A stretch of 32,000 nt of DNA, taken from Coprobacillaceae bacterium (GTDB taxonomy: Bacteria; Bacillota_I; Bacilli_A; Erysipelotrichales; Coprobacillaceae). Position 1 is the first letter of the stretch. Each line of letters begins with the position of its first letter. The DNA lies in the NCBI GenBank assembly GCA_963675515.1, contig OY776328.1, positions 1,890,001 to 1,922,000 on the forward strand, given 5' to 3'. Below are positions 1 to 7,478 of the stretch, in pieces. The notes beneath the pieces are model-generated. The model did no database searches. It was not told the origin of the DNA and saw only the letters and a list, made by a program, of their open reading frames with translations. The translations under genes were made by a program, and so were the position numbers.

Positions 1-392
1 ATAAGTTGCTTGTGACGCTTGTACTCTTCCTCGTCAAGGACCCGATACCGGCCATCGGGAAAGAGTTTGAGATCAAGGTCGTAGTCGATATATTTTAGAG
101 CTTCACCATCATAGATTGTAGGCGACGCAATATTGCAGTAGTAATGGACTCCGTTCTTTCGGATCATACATATTACATTGAACCATTTATCTTTAGGGAA
201 ATAACAAATCGCAGGTTCGCGGGTGTGCCACATCCGGCCATCCGATTCAGTAACAAGTGTTTTATTATTGATGACGATAAAGTGTTCATCGGTTTCTTCC
301 AAAACCAGGCCGGTTTGCCAAGAACGATGAATACTGCCATCATGTTTGTAACAATGGATCAAAATATTTTTGCCCGAAAGACTATCTTCCAT
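1..392 (-). CDS. ntdp: Nucleoside tri/diphosphate phosphatase, DUF402/UPF0374 family (N-terminal ~130 codons; runs off the window start)
   Basis: Absent from the ORF track because there is no stop in the window. Hand translation from ATG (rc of cat 390-392) gives [30 protein letters not shown]...[29 protein letters not shown]...YYCNIASP...[18 protein letters not shown]. This is colinear with B. subtilis YgaC / S. aureus Ntdp as I recall them. GAGAGG SD lies 6 nt upstream. Confidence 0.8.
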   Translation of the reverse strand, partial: MEDSLSGKNILIHCYKHDGSIHRSWQTGLVLEETDEHFIVINNKTLVTESDGRMWHTREPAICYFPKDKWFNVICMIRKNGVHYYCNIASPTIYDGEALKYIDYDLDLKLFPDGRYRVLDEEEYKRHKQL

Positions 393-571
393 AACGTACC
401 TCTCTTTAAACAAATTATATTATACACAAATTATGCCCGAAATAATAGTAAAAGCTATCATAAATTGCCACGGCTTGCAACAAAAAAATTGCAAAGTGAA
501 AAATAAATTTCATTTTGTGATTTAATTAACTTGGTTTTTTAGTCAATTCCCATAGATTTTATCGGTAATAG

Positions 572-580
572 TGTTATAAT
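572..580 (+). promoter_or_regulatory. Putative extended -10 (TGtTATAAT) of the ackA promoter
   Basis: TGTTATAAT at 572-580, upstream of the AGGAGG SD (591-596). No good -35 hexamer seen. Confidence 0.4.
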
Positions 581-603
581 ATCAATGTTTAGGAGGATTT
601 GTT

Positions 604-1794
604 ATGGCAAAAATAATATCAGTAAACGCTGGGAGCTCCTCGTTGAAGTTCCAGTTGTTTGAAATGGACAACGAGGAAGTAATAACCAGTGGAGTAATTG
701 AAAGAATCGGTTTTGATGACGCAATCTTCACCATCAAGTATCAGGACCTGAAAAATAGAGACGTTCTACCAATCAAAGACCATGAGGCGGCAGTAAACCT
801 TTTGCTTGACACTTTGATCAAGAAAAACATAGTTTCAAGCCTAGATGAGATCAAGGGTGTAGGACACCGAGTGGTCCAAGGTGGTTCTTATTTCAATAGT
901 TCCCAAATCATGGATGATTATGTCGTAGAGAAAATTGACGAGTTGAAAGTGCTGGCTCCTTTGCACAATCCGCATCATCTGACTGGATACTTCGCATTCA
1001 AAAAGGCAATACCTGGTGCAGGAGCGGTTGCGGTGTTCGATACAGCATTCCATCAGACATTGGAGAAACGCTGTTACATCTACCCAATTCCTTACAAATA
1101 TTATGAAGAAAACATGGTCCGTAAATATGGAGCGCATGGAACAAGTCATTTTTATGTTTCCCAACGTGCCATTGAAATGATGGGAAAACCGGAACATTCC
1201 AAGATAATCGTTGCCCACCTTGGTGCTGGCGGTAGCTTGAGTGCTGTCAAGGATGGCATTTCGATCAACACTTCAATGGGGTTCACCCCACTGGCGGGAA
1301 TCATGATGGGGACACGTTCAGGTGATGTTGACCCTTCGGTAATCGACTACCTGGTTGAAAACTTGGGATTGACGATGCATGATGTGATTCACATGTTAAA
1401 CAAGGAATCAGGTCTGTTGGGAATTTCCGGCGTATCTTCGGACTTCCGTGATATACAACAGGCGGCAAGTCAAGGAAACGAAAGAGCCAAACTCGCCCTG
1501 GATATTTTCTTTAGAAGGGTTATCGCCTATATCGGCCGTTACTTCATCGCCCTGGGTGGCGTTGATGCTATCTGTTTCACTGCGGGAATCGGTGAAAACT
1601 CATCATTTGCCCGCAAGGAAATCTGCGATTTGTTGTCGGAAGCACTTGGAATCGAACTGGATAAGGAAGCGAACGAACACGGAGTCGGAGACCGCCTGAT
1701 CTCAACTCCAAACTCAAAAGTTAAAGTGTACGCTATTTACACCAATGAAGAACTGGTTATTGCTCGAGATACAAAAAAATTATTGAACTTATAA
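604..1794 (+). CDS. ackA: Acetate kinase
   Basis: 396 aa. Motifs in order: MAKIISVNAGSSSLKFQLF, VGHRVVQGG, YGAHGTSH, FTAGIGENS, TNEELVIA. AGGAGG SD 7 nt upstream of the ATG. Confidence 0.97.
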   Translation: MAKIISVNAGSSSLKFQLFEMDNEEVITSGVIERIGFDDAIFTIKYQDLKNRDVLPIKDHEAAVNLLLDTLIKKNIVSSLDEIKGVGHRVVQGGSYFNSSQIMDDYVVEKIDELKVLAPLHNPHHLTGYFAFKKAIPGAGAVAVFDTAFHQTLEKRCYIYPIPYKYYEENMVRKYGAHGTSHFYVSQRAIEMMGKPEHSKIIVAHLGAGGSLSAVKDGISINTSMGFTPLAGIMMGTRSGDVDPSVIDYLVENLGLTMHDVIHMLNKESGLLGISGVSSDFRDIQQAASQGNERAKLALDIFFRRVIAYIGRYFIALGGVDAICFTAGIGENSSFARKEICDLLSEALGIELDKEANEHGVGDRLISTPNSKVKVYAIYTNEELVIARDTKKLLNL

Positions 1795-1819
1795 CATGTG
1801 CCAGTCACATGTTATTTTT
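1793..1819 (+). terminator. Weak hairpin plus T-run overlapping the ackA stop
   Basis: AACATGTG (1793-1800) pairs with CACATGTT (1806-1813), followed by ATTTTT. It overlaps both candidate starts of the next ORF, so it may only attenuate. Confidence 0.4.
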
Positions 1820-2479
1820 ATGAGCGAAGACTATTTCGATAATTACCTGACCAGCTATCTGTTAGCGACAATCGGCGGATTTTTGGATATCTACACATAC
1901 CTTTTGAAAGGTCATGTATTCGCCAACGCCCAGACAGGCAACATTGTGATGCTGGCTTATAGCCTGGTCGACCTTGATTTTTATGAGACAATAACCTACC
2001 TTTTTCCCATCATCGCTTTTGGGGCGGGAATTTTTTTATCAAGCATGATAAAACATCAGCTGATTCCACGTTTGAAAACAAACTTCCATTTTCTTATCAT
2101 CATCATTGAATTTGCGGTATTTATGCTGCTTTTGATGATACCTTTGAATGACCTGCCATTCAACAGCATCATCGGTTTCATGTGCGCTTTGCAAGTCAGC
2201 AGTTTTTCAAGCAGCAAGAATCTGCCATATGCTTCGACAATGTGCACCGGCAACATCCGTCTTATGGCCAACAACCTGTATTTCGGGATTGTCCAGAAAA
2301 ACAATGAGTATATGCGCAACGGATTGTTCTACCTGAAAATAATTGCCAGTTTCGTCATCGGTGCCATGATCGCGGTTGTTTTGATCAAATCATTTGACCA
2401 AAAAGCGCTTGCGTATTGCATCTTAACACTTGCCATGATCGTAATAATCAACTTTATCAAAGCTAAAAGACCCGAGTGA
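1796..2479 (+). CDS. DUF1275 / YoaK-family integral membrane protein
   Basis: GGFLDIYTYLLKGHVFANAQTGNIV motif and multiple hydrophobic segments. Neither the ATG at 1796 (1 nt after the ackA stop, possible coupling) nor the ATG at 1820 has an SD, so the start is uncertain. Confidence 0.8.
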   Translation: MCQSHVIFMSEDYFDNYLTSYLLATIGGFLDIYTYLLKGHVFANAQTGNIVMLAYSLVDLDFYETITYLFPIIAFGAGIFLSSMIKHQLIPRLKTNFHFLIIIIEFAVFMLLLMIPLNDLPFNSIIGFMCALQVSSFSSSKNLPYASTMCTGNIRLMANNLYFGIVQKNNEYMRNGLFYLKIIASFVIGAMIAVVLIKSFDQKALAYCILTLAMIVIINFIKAKRPE

Positions 2480-2490
2480 TCGGGTCTTTT
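2465..2490. terminator. Bidirectional rho-independent terminator between convergent genes
   Basis: AAAAGACCCGA (2465-2475), loop GTGA, TCGGGTCTTTT (2480-2490). Perfect stem with A/T runs on both sides. Confidence 0.7.
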
Positions 2491-2494
2491 GTGT

Positions 2495-3007
2495 CTAATC
2501 GATAAATTCCAAGAATCTTTCTTTGATGGCCTCTGTCGATTCCAAAACATCAACAAATTCCTTTCTGATATCCAGGCGCTGCACGTCGACCATGCGTGAA
2601 TCTGCCAGCTGCAAACGCACCGTATCGGCCCCACGGAATGTCTTGATGGCGATATCCATCTCATAAGGACTGGCCGGCGAATCGTCCTTTATCGAGGTGC
2701 ATGGTATTATATTCATCTTGAGCCCATAATCATTGTAAACATAACACCAATGTCCGTCGCACAGCTCCTTGGGAAAACCTCTTCCGATATTGAAATATGC
2801 CAGCTGATATCGTCTCGGGCGCCTCTTCAAATTGTAGAACACTTCCTTTTTATCTGTGTGCTGTGTCAAATAGATGTGAAAGAAACATAGTTGATGTGTC
2901 TGCTCCACTAACGAATGGACATATGTCTCGACGTCATATTCACTTTCTTCATAAAGTCGTTTTATTCCAAATATCAGTTTCTTAAGTTTGTCTTCAAAAT
3001 TTTTCAT
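2495..3007 (-). CDS. PemK/MazF-like toxin-fold protein with ~70-aa N-terminal helical extension
   Basis: The C-terminal ~100 aa follow MazF/PemK motif order: YQLAYFNIGRGFPKELCDGHWCYVY, then NIIPCTSIK, then VRLQLADSRMVDVQRLD. Start chosen at ATG 3007 (MKNFEDKLKK) because GGAG lies 5 nt upstream and the paralog alignment begins there. The track start 3043 has no SD. The family call comes from motif recognition only. Confidence 0.6.
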   Translation of the reverse strand: MKNFEDKLKKLIFGIKRLYEESEYDVETYVHSLVEQTHQLCFFHIYLTQHTDKKEVFYNLKRRPRRYQLAYFNIGRGFPKELCDGHWCYVYNDYGLKMNIIPCTSIKDDSPASPYEMDIAIKTFRGADTVRLQLADSRMVDVQRLDIRKEFVDVLESTEAIKERFLEFID

Positions 3008-3040
3008 TTTTTCTCCATTTTTCGTCTTCAATATTTTCTT
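2968..3040 (-). repeat. Tandem duplication unit, copy A (5' UTR plus first codons of the MazF-like ORF)
   Basis: Near-identical core TTAAGTTTGTCTTCAAAATTTTTCATTTT. About 73 nt align with 3222-3295, including sequence upstream of the ATG. Confidence 0.7.
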
Positions 3041-3078
3041 CATAATGTTTTTGTATTTTACAGCCGGACACGTTCTTC

Positions 3079-3261
3079 TTATTTATCCGTCCGATTTGCC
3101 ACATAGCTGTTGAAGAAGCATAGCAGTTTGAGACGATCCACTAACGGACGGATATATTCCTCGAAATATTGTTCGAATTCCTGATCATCGTTTCCACCCT
3201 CTTCACATACTCGGTCGGTTTCAAATATTTGTTTTTTAAGTTTGTCTTCAAATTTTTTCAT
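3079..3261 (-). CDS. 60-aa acidic protein, paralog of the N-terminal extension of the downstream MazF-like ORF (possible antitoxin-like partner or truncated duplicate)
   Basis: MKKFEDKLKKQIFETDRVCEEGGNDDQEFEQYFEEYIRPLVDRLKLLCFFNSYVANRTDK aligns with MKNFEDKLKKLIFGIKRLYEESEYDVETYVHSLVEQTHQLCFFHIYLTQHTDKK. The track start 3285 is TTG. ATG 3261 matches the paralog start. Confidence 0.45.
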   Translation of the reverse strand: MKKFEDKLKKQIFETDRVCEEGGNDDQEFEQYFEEYIRPLVDRLKLLCFFNSYVANRTDK

Positions 3262-3295
3262 TTTATCTTCGTTTTTCCTTCTCAAATAGTTTTCT
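3222..3295 (-). repeat. Tandem duplication unit, copy B (5' UTR plus first codons of the 60-aa ORF)
   Basis: TTAAGTTTGTCTTCAAATTTTTTCATTTT and flanks align with 2968-3040. Confidence 0.7.
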
Positions 3296-3314
3296 TAATC
3301 ACACTTTGTGATTA
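3296..3314. promoter_or_regulatory. Perfect 8-3-8 palindrome, candidate operator upstream of the 60-aa ORF
   Basis: TAATCACA ctt TGTGATTA, 35-53 nt upstream of ATG 3261 on the minus strand. Confidence 0.35.
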
Positions 3315-3691
3315 TTCGCAAGTTACACTCAACGGTTGTCGGATTAGACTTTTCGATTGTTTTCGAATATGCGCAGACCCCATCTGGATGACATCAAAAT
3401 ATCATTACATGTACAACTGGGTTGGGCGATCAAAAACATAGCCAAGATAACCAGTATGCAGTTACCTAGCAAAATTCAGACGCCATCTGTTTAATCTGAA
3501 TTATATTCACAATCTCACATTCACTCCAAAGCCGAATTATAATCATCCTTTCTTGTCTTTCCATTCCTCCTTCCTTGGCATCTTCAGACATTTAAAGTCC
3601 GGCAATTCAAGATGCGCATTGTCGCCATTTTACCTCCTTCAAAATACTATTCCTTGGTAAAAATGAAATTACTTTAAAAAAATCAAAAAAG

Positions 3692-3740
3692 TTTAAAAAA
3701 AAAGAACCCCTTCTCAGGAATGTCCATTGAGCGGTGTTCT
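3692..3740 (-). terminator. rpsO rho-independent terminator
   Basis: AGAACCCC (3703-3710) pairs with GGTGTTCT (3733-3740) with 1 mismatch, plus an inner CTCA/TGAG pairing. A run of T follows on the minus strand (A-run 3694-3703). Confidence 0.7.
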
Positions 3741-3749
3741 CTATTGTGA

Positions 3750-4016
3750 TTATCTTCTTAAACCTAAACGTTTGATCAATGATGCATATCTTTCAACGTC
3801 TTTGTTTTTCAAGTATCTTAACAAGTTACGACGGTGTCCAATTTTTTTCATTAATCCACGGTTTGAATGGAAATCTTTTGGATGATCTTTGAAGTGACCA
3901 TTCAATTTGTTGATGTCTGCAGTCAATACAGCGATTTGTACTTCTGGTGAACCTGTATCACCTTCGTGTGTTGCATATTCTTGCATGATTGAAGTTCTTT
4001 CAGCTTTTGTTAGCAT
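3750..4016 (-). CDS. rpsO: 30S ribosomal protein S15
   Basis: 88 aa, [32 protein letters not shown]...[29 protein letters not shown] upstream. Confidence 0.97.
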   Translation of the reverse strand: MLTKAERTSIMQEYATHEGDTGSPEVQIAVLTADINKLNGHFKDHPKDFHSNRGLMKKIGHRRNLLRYLKNKDVERYASLIKRLGLRR

Positions 4017-4101
4017 TTGCTAATCCTCCTCTATTTTTTTCACGGCAAAAACCAAGGTCAAAGTCGAGTACTCTTTGATCCTAGTAAGAGCTGCTTATAT
4101 G

Positions 4102-4129
4102 ATTATACTAAATATATCGATATTGTCAA
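4102..4129 (-). promoter_or_regulatory. Consensus sigma-A type promoter of rpsO
   Basis: The minus strand reads TTGACA (rc of 4124-4129), a 16-nt spacer, then TATAAT (rc of 4102-4107), about 85 nt upstream of the ATG. Confidence 0.6.
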
Positions 4130-4159
4130 CAATTTTAACGCACTCTGATTAAACAATTC
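4129..4159. repeat. 31-bp direct repeat, left copy (target-site duplication of the ISNCY element)
   Basis: ACAATTTTAACGCACTCTGATTAAACAATTC is identical to 5709-5739. Confidence 0.85.
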
Positions 4160-5708
4160 TAGAACGAATATGATATTGTCTTAATGTAAGGAAGATGATT
4201 ATGTCCCAAGGTCCTATATCAAATCCTGGAAATATGGTATCATAAACCTCTATGATTTTATGGAGGTAGATGATGAGAAAGGTTGATCTTAGAATGAACG
4301 AATTAGAAAAATATAAAGTAATCAAGAAACTGGTTGAAACCAACGGCAACAAGAAGCGAGCGGCTACGAGACTTAACTGTTCAACCAGGACAGTCAACCG
4401 GCTAATCTTGAAATATAAACAATTTGGTAAACAAGGCTTTGTCCATGGCAACCGCGGCAATCTACCGGCACATACTTTTGATCCCGAAACAAAGGCGATG
4501 ATTATTGACTTGTATCTCGCTAAGTACACCGATGCCAATTTGGCTCATTTTGCCGAAATAGTCGAGGAGGAACTAAAGATAAAAGTTTCCGACACAACCA
4601 TCAATAACTGGCTGAAGCAAGAATACGTTTTGTCTCCAAGGGCCAGAAGAAAGACCAAGAAGGCCATGAGAATTGCTTTAGCGGCCAAATTGGATAAAAC
4701 CAAATCCGCAAAAGCTGCCAATAAATTAAAGGAATCTATAGCCGTTATTGAAAGCAACAAGGCTCATCCTCGCCGTCCACGGAGTAAATACTTCGGTGAG
4801 ATGATCCAGATGGATGCAAGCAGCTTTGAATGGGTCCCTGGTGAGATTTGGCATCTCCACCTGGCCGTCGATGATTCAACCAGTAAAGTAGTTGGAGCTT
4901 ATTTCGACACCCAGGAAACGTTAAAGGGCTATTATAATGTATTCCATCAGATATTGACTGATTATGGCATCCCGGCTATGTTTTACACCGACAGGCGGAC
5001 AGTTTTCGAATACAAAAGAAAAAACACCGCATTCGATGACGAAGATACCTTCACGCAATTTTCTTACGCCTGCCATCAATTGGGTGTTGAAATCAAAACA
5101 ACTAGCGTAGCACAAGCCAAAGGCCGTGTAGAGAGAATGAACCAAACATTTCAATCACGATTACCTGTCGACCTGCGCCGCGCTAATATAACGAAAATAG
5201 AGGATGCCAACGAGTTTCTGAAGTCCTACCTAAAAAAACTTAATGACAAATTCGCTCTACGACTAAATAGTACCAAAACAGTTTTCGAAAAACAACCATC
5301 TTTGGAAAAAATCAACCAGACGCTCGCTGTCATTTCACCAAGAAAAATCGATGGCGGACATTGCATAAAATACAAGAATGCCTACTATATACCTAAAACA
5401 GATAAAGATGTAAGGGTATTCTTTAAAAACAAGACCGATAGTATGGTTATCGAAGCCTACGATGGAAATCTCTATGTGAATATCTTGGATAATCTGTATT
5501 TACTCGAGAACGTGCCTGATCGGCAAATGTATTCGAAGAACTTTGATGAAGAACAGGCTACCAAGCCAAAGAAGAAAAAGCAATATATACCGCCATTGAG
5601 TCATCCATGGAAACAAGCTTCCTATATGAATTACTTGGCAAAACAAAAGCACCGTGAAAACAGTGCTAATGTTTAACAATTTTTAAGACATTATCAATTT
5701 CGCTTGAC
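4160..5708 (+). mobile_element. ISNCY-family (IS1202-group-like) insertion sequence, ~1.55 kb
   Basis: Imperfect terminal inverted repeats: CGAATATGATATTGTCTTAA (4165-4184) versus rc of 5683-5702 (CGAAATTGATAATGTCTTAA), 17/20 matches. One transposase ORF, bracketed by the 31-bp direct repeat. Exact ends are uncertain by a few bp. Confidence 0.8.
4270..5676 (+). CDS. ISNCY-family DDE transposase (N-terminal HTH plus rve integrase core)
   Basis: 468 aa. The N-terminus ...ELEKYKVIKKLVETNGNKKRAATRLNCSTRTVNRLILKYK is an HTH. DDE candidates are IQMDASSF, FYTDRRTVF and AKGRVERMNQTF. GGAGG SD is present. The second ATG at 4273 has better spacing. Confidence 0.9.
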   Translation: MMRKVDLRMNELEKYKVIKKLVETNGNKKRAATRLNCSTRTVNRLILKYKQFGKQGFVHGNRGNLPAHTFDPETKAMIIDLYLAKYTDANLAHFAEIVEEELKIKVSDTTINNWLKQEYVLSPRARRKTKKAMRIALAAKLDKTKSAKAANKLKESIAVIESNKAHPRRPRSKYFGEMIQMDASSFEWVPGEIWHLHLAVDDSTSKVVGAYFDTQETLKGYYNVFHQILTDYGIPAMFYTDRRTVFEYKRKNTAFDDEDTFTQFSYACHQLGVEIKTTSVAQAKGRVERMNQTFQSRLPVDLRRANITKIEDANEFLKSYLKKLNDKFALRLNSTKTVFEKQPSLEKINQTLAVISPRKIDGGHCIKYKNAYYIPKTDKDVRVFFKNKTDSMVIEAYDGNLYVNILDNLYLLENVPDRQMYSKNFDEEQATKPKKKKQYIPPLSHPWKQASYMNYLAKQKHRENSANV

Positions 5709-5739
5709 ACAATTTTAACGCACTCTGATTAAACAATTC
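5709..5739. repeat. 31-bp direct repeat, right copy (target-site duplication)
   Basis: Identical to 4129-4159. Confidence 0.85.
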
Positions 5740-5784
5740 CATCGCAAGCAACAATAATACACACATAATCGTTTTTTAGGTATC

Positions 5785-5960
5785 TAAGTGACTTGAACCT
5801 CCCATGACTAAAGTCACGGGATTCTTGGGAACAGAGCTTACTTGAGTATGGTGCATCCACCATAATCAGCGGTTTCTCTTCTTTACCAAGCTATCCCCGT
5901 AGTCCCTACGGTTAAGTAGTTGTTTATGTTGATGCTTTTATGCGTAACCCTTCTTTTAGG
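5785..5960 (-). ncRNA. Putative TnpB omega RNA (reRNA) scaffold spanning the tnpB 3' end and RE
   Basis: The position is predicted from knowledge of TnpB systems. Local stem-loops seen: ATGGTG catc CACCAT (5848-5863), CCGTAG tcc CTACGG (5897-5911) and the RE hairpin (5801-5820). Boundaries are not determined. Confidence 0.3.
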
Positions 5961-7069
5961 ATGTTCTTGCTCGCATTTAGGTCCCGGTCATTGGTGCTGC
6001 CACAATTAGGACAAGTCCATTCCCTGATGTGGAGCGGCTTTTTCCCATTTTTGTGGCCACATCCATGGCAAATCTGGCTGGACTCATACCAGCGGTCCAC
6101 CTTGATGATTTCTCTACCATACCATTCAGCCTTGTAGATAAGCTTATCCACAAATGCCGACCAGGAAACATCAGATATGCTTTTAGCCAGTCTATGATTA
6201 CGCAACATTCCTAATGTGTTCAAGTCTTCTATGCAGATTACATCGTGGTTTTTGATGATCTGGGTTGTCAACTTGTTCAAAAAGTCATTGCGTTGGTTCA
6301 TTACTTTTTCATGAAGCAATGCCACTTTGCGTCTTTGTTTCTGGTAGTTCTTTGCTTCAAGAAGACTGATTCCTTTGCTTTTGGCTAGGCGTGCCCTTCT
6401 TGACAGCTTTTTTTGTTCGCGGATAAGTTTCTTTTCCAACTTTCCAGTGAACTTATGGTTGGCGACTTTTCTGCCATTTGAAAATGTCGCGAAGTCACGG
6501 ATGCCAAGGTCAATCCCGATAATCGAATTCGTTTTGGGCAATTGCTCGATCTTTTCTTCAACGACAACAGAAATGAAGTATTTGCCACTGGGATTTTTCC
6601 GGATAGTCGCTTTAATTATTCTTCCTTTGATCTCCCGGCTCTTGGCGAACTTGACCATACCTAGCTTGGGCATCTTGATTGATTTGCCGATTACGGCAAT
6701 ACTGTTGTTAACATTCTTTGTCGTGTAGCTTTGAACCGGATTCTTCTTGCTCTTGTATCGAGGGTGGCTGTTTTGCTTTTTAAAGAACCTAGAAAAAGAA
6801 TCGGAAAGATTCTTCACCGATGATTGAAGGGCAATGCTGTCTACTTCCTTGAGCCACTGTGTATTTTCATCCCGTTTCATCTGAGGAAGCATGGCGGAGC
6901 AGGAATTGTAAGACAGACCCTTTCCAGTACCAGCATACTCCTCATTCCACAAATTCAAAAAGTGATTGTAGACAAACCGGGCACATCCGATCGTTTTACA
7001 GATCAGTATTACCTGTACACTATCAGGGTAGATCCTGAACTTGTATGCCTTATGGTGCAACATCATCAT
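5924..7069 (-). CDS. tnpB: TnpB (IS605 OrfB) RuvC-like RNA-guided endonuclease
   Basis: KAYKFRIYP N-terminus. RuvC triad candidates are IGIDLGI, ICIEDLN and NDRDLNASKNI. Zn finger is CHGCGH...CPNCG. The track start 7072 is GTG, followed by three ATGs. Confidence 0.92.
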   Translation of the reverse strand: MMMLHHKAYKFRIYPDSVQVILICKTIGCARFVYNHFLNLWNEEYAGTGKGLSYNSCSAMLPQMKRDENTQWLKEVDSIALQSSVKNLSDSFSRFFKKQNSHPRYKSKKNPVQSYTTKNVNNSIAVIGKSIKMPKLGMVKFAKSREIKGRIIKATIRKNPSGKYFISVVVEEKIEQLPKTNSIIGIDLGIRDFATFSNGRKVANHKFTGKLEKKLIREQKKLSRRARLAKSKGISLLEAKNYQKQRRKVALLHEKVMNQRNDFLNKLTTQIIKNHDVICIEDLNTLGMLRNHRLAKSISDVSWSAFVDKLIYKAEWYGREIIKVDRWYESSQICHGCGHKNGKKPLHIREWTCPNCGSTNDRDLNASKNILKEGLRIKAST

Positions 7070-7073
7070 CACC

Positions 7074-7478
7074 TTATTTCTTCTTCTGAGTTTTTATATA
7101 ATCTATTATCTGCTGTTGAGTATTATCACTGACGGTAGCTACGAAATAGCTGGGATTCCACAAATGACCTTTCCATAGACGACTTTTAAGCTCAGGGTGT
7201 TGCTGGAACAGAAATCTTGCAGATAACCCTTTGAATGCTTTTACCATACTGGGAATATGGTGTTGGGGCTTGCAATCGATAAGCACGTGGATATGGTCCT
7301 TATCCGATTCAATTTCAATGATATTTATGTCATTATCAGCTGCAATCTTAGTCAACAATTTCTTGACATCATCGTCAACTTGACCAGTCAAAATATCGTG
7401 ACGGTATTTCACACACCAGACCAGATGGTATTGAATCGAATAGACATAACCCCGTCCGTAATTAATATCAGTCATCAT
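7074..7478 (-). CDS. tnpA: IS200/IS605 Y1 (HUH) transposase TnpA
   Basis: 134 aa. YHLVWCVKYR, HUH motif HIHVLI, C-terminal Tyr motif IIDYIKTQ. Confidence 0.93.
   Translation of the reverse strand: MMTDINYGRGYVYSIQYHLVWCVKYRHDILTGQVDDDVKKLLTKIAADNDINIIEIESDKDHIHVLIDCKPQHHIPSMVKAFKGLSARFLFQQHPELKSRLWKGHLWNPSYFVATVSDNTQQQIIDYIKTQKKK

Noticed and set aside
475-494. Two palindromic TTGCAA hexamers 14 bp apart in the ntdp-ackA divergent region, possible operator or cre-like site
   Set aside because: They do not match the CcpA cre consensus (no central CG). The hexamer is AT-rich and short. This is insufficient to call a site.
144-506. 120-aa plus-strand ORF from the track
   Set aside because: It lies antisense to a much better supported DUF402/Ntdp coding sequence (strong family match, SD). 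It has no SD and an odd composition.
3054-3065. The 12-mer TTTACAGCCGGA sits at the homology breakpoint of the tandem duplication and recurs at 29589-29600, exactly at the start of the IS1634 long repeat
   Set aside because: It is a tempting candidate for a shared recombination or target site. However, by rough estimate tens of 12-nt matches are expected by chance among ~10^9 position pairs in 32 kb, and the flanks do not match. I treat it as coincidence unless more copies are found genome-wide.
3169-3441. 90-aa plus-strand ORF across the 60-aa ORF and the palindrome
   Set aside because: It starts with TTG and has no SD. Its sequence is low-complexity and Phe-rich, as expected for the antisense of an A-rich coding or UTR region.
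3675-3703. Phased A-tracts (A7, A6, A9), possible bent DNA or poly-A signal
   Set aside because: On the minus strand this is simply the U-run and T-rich trailer of the rpsO terminator.
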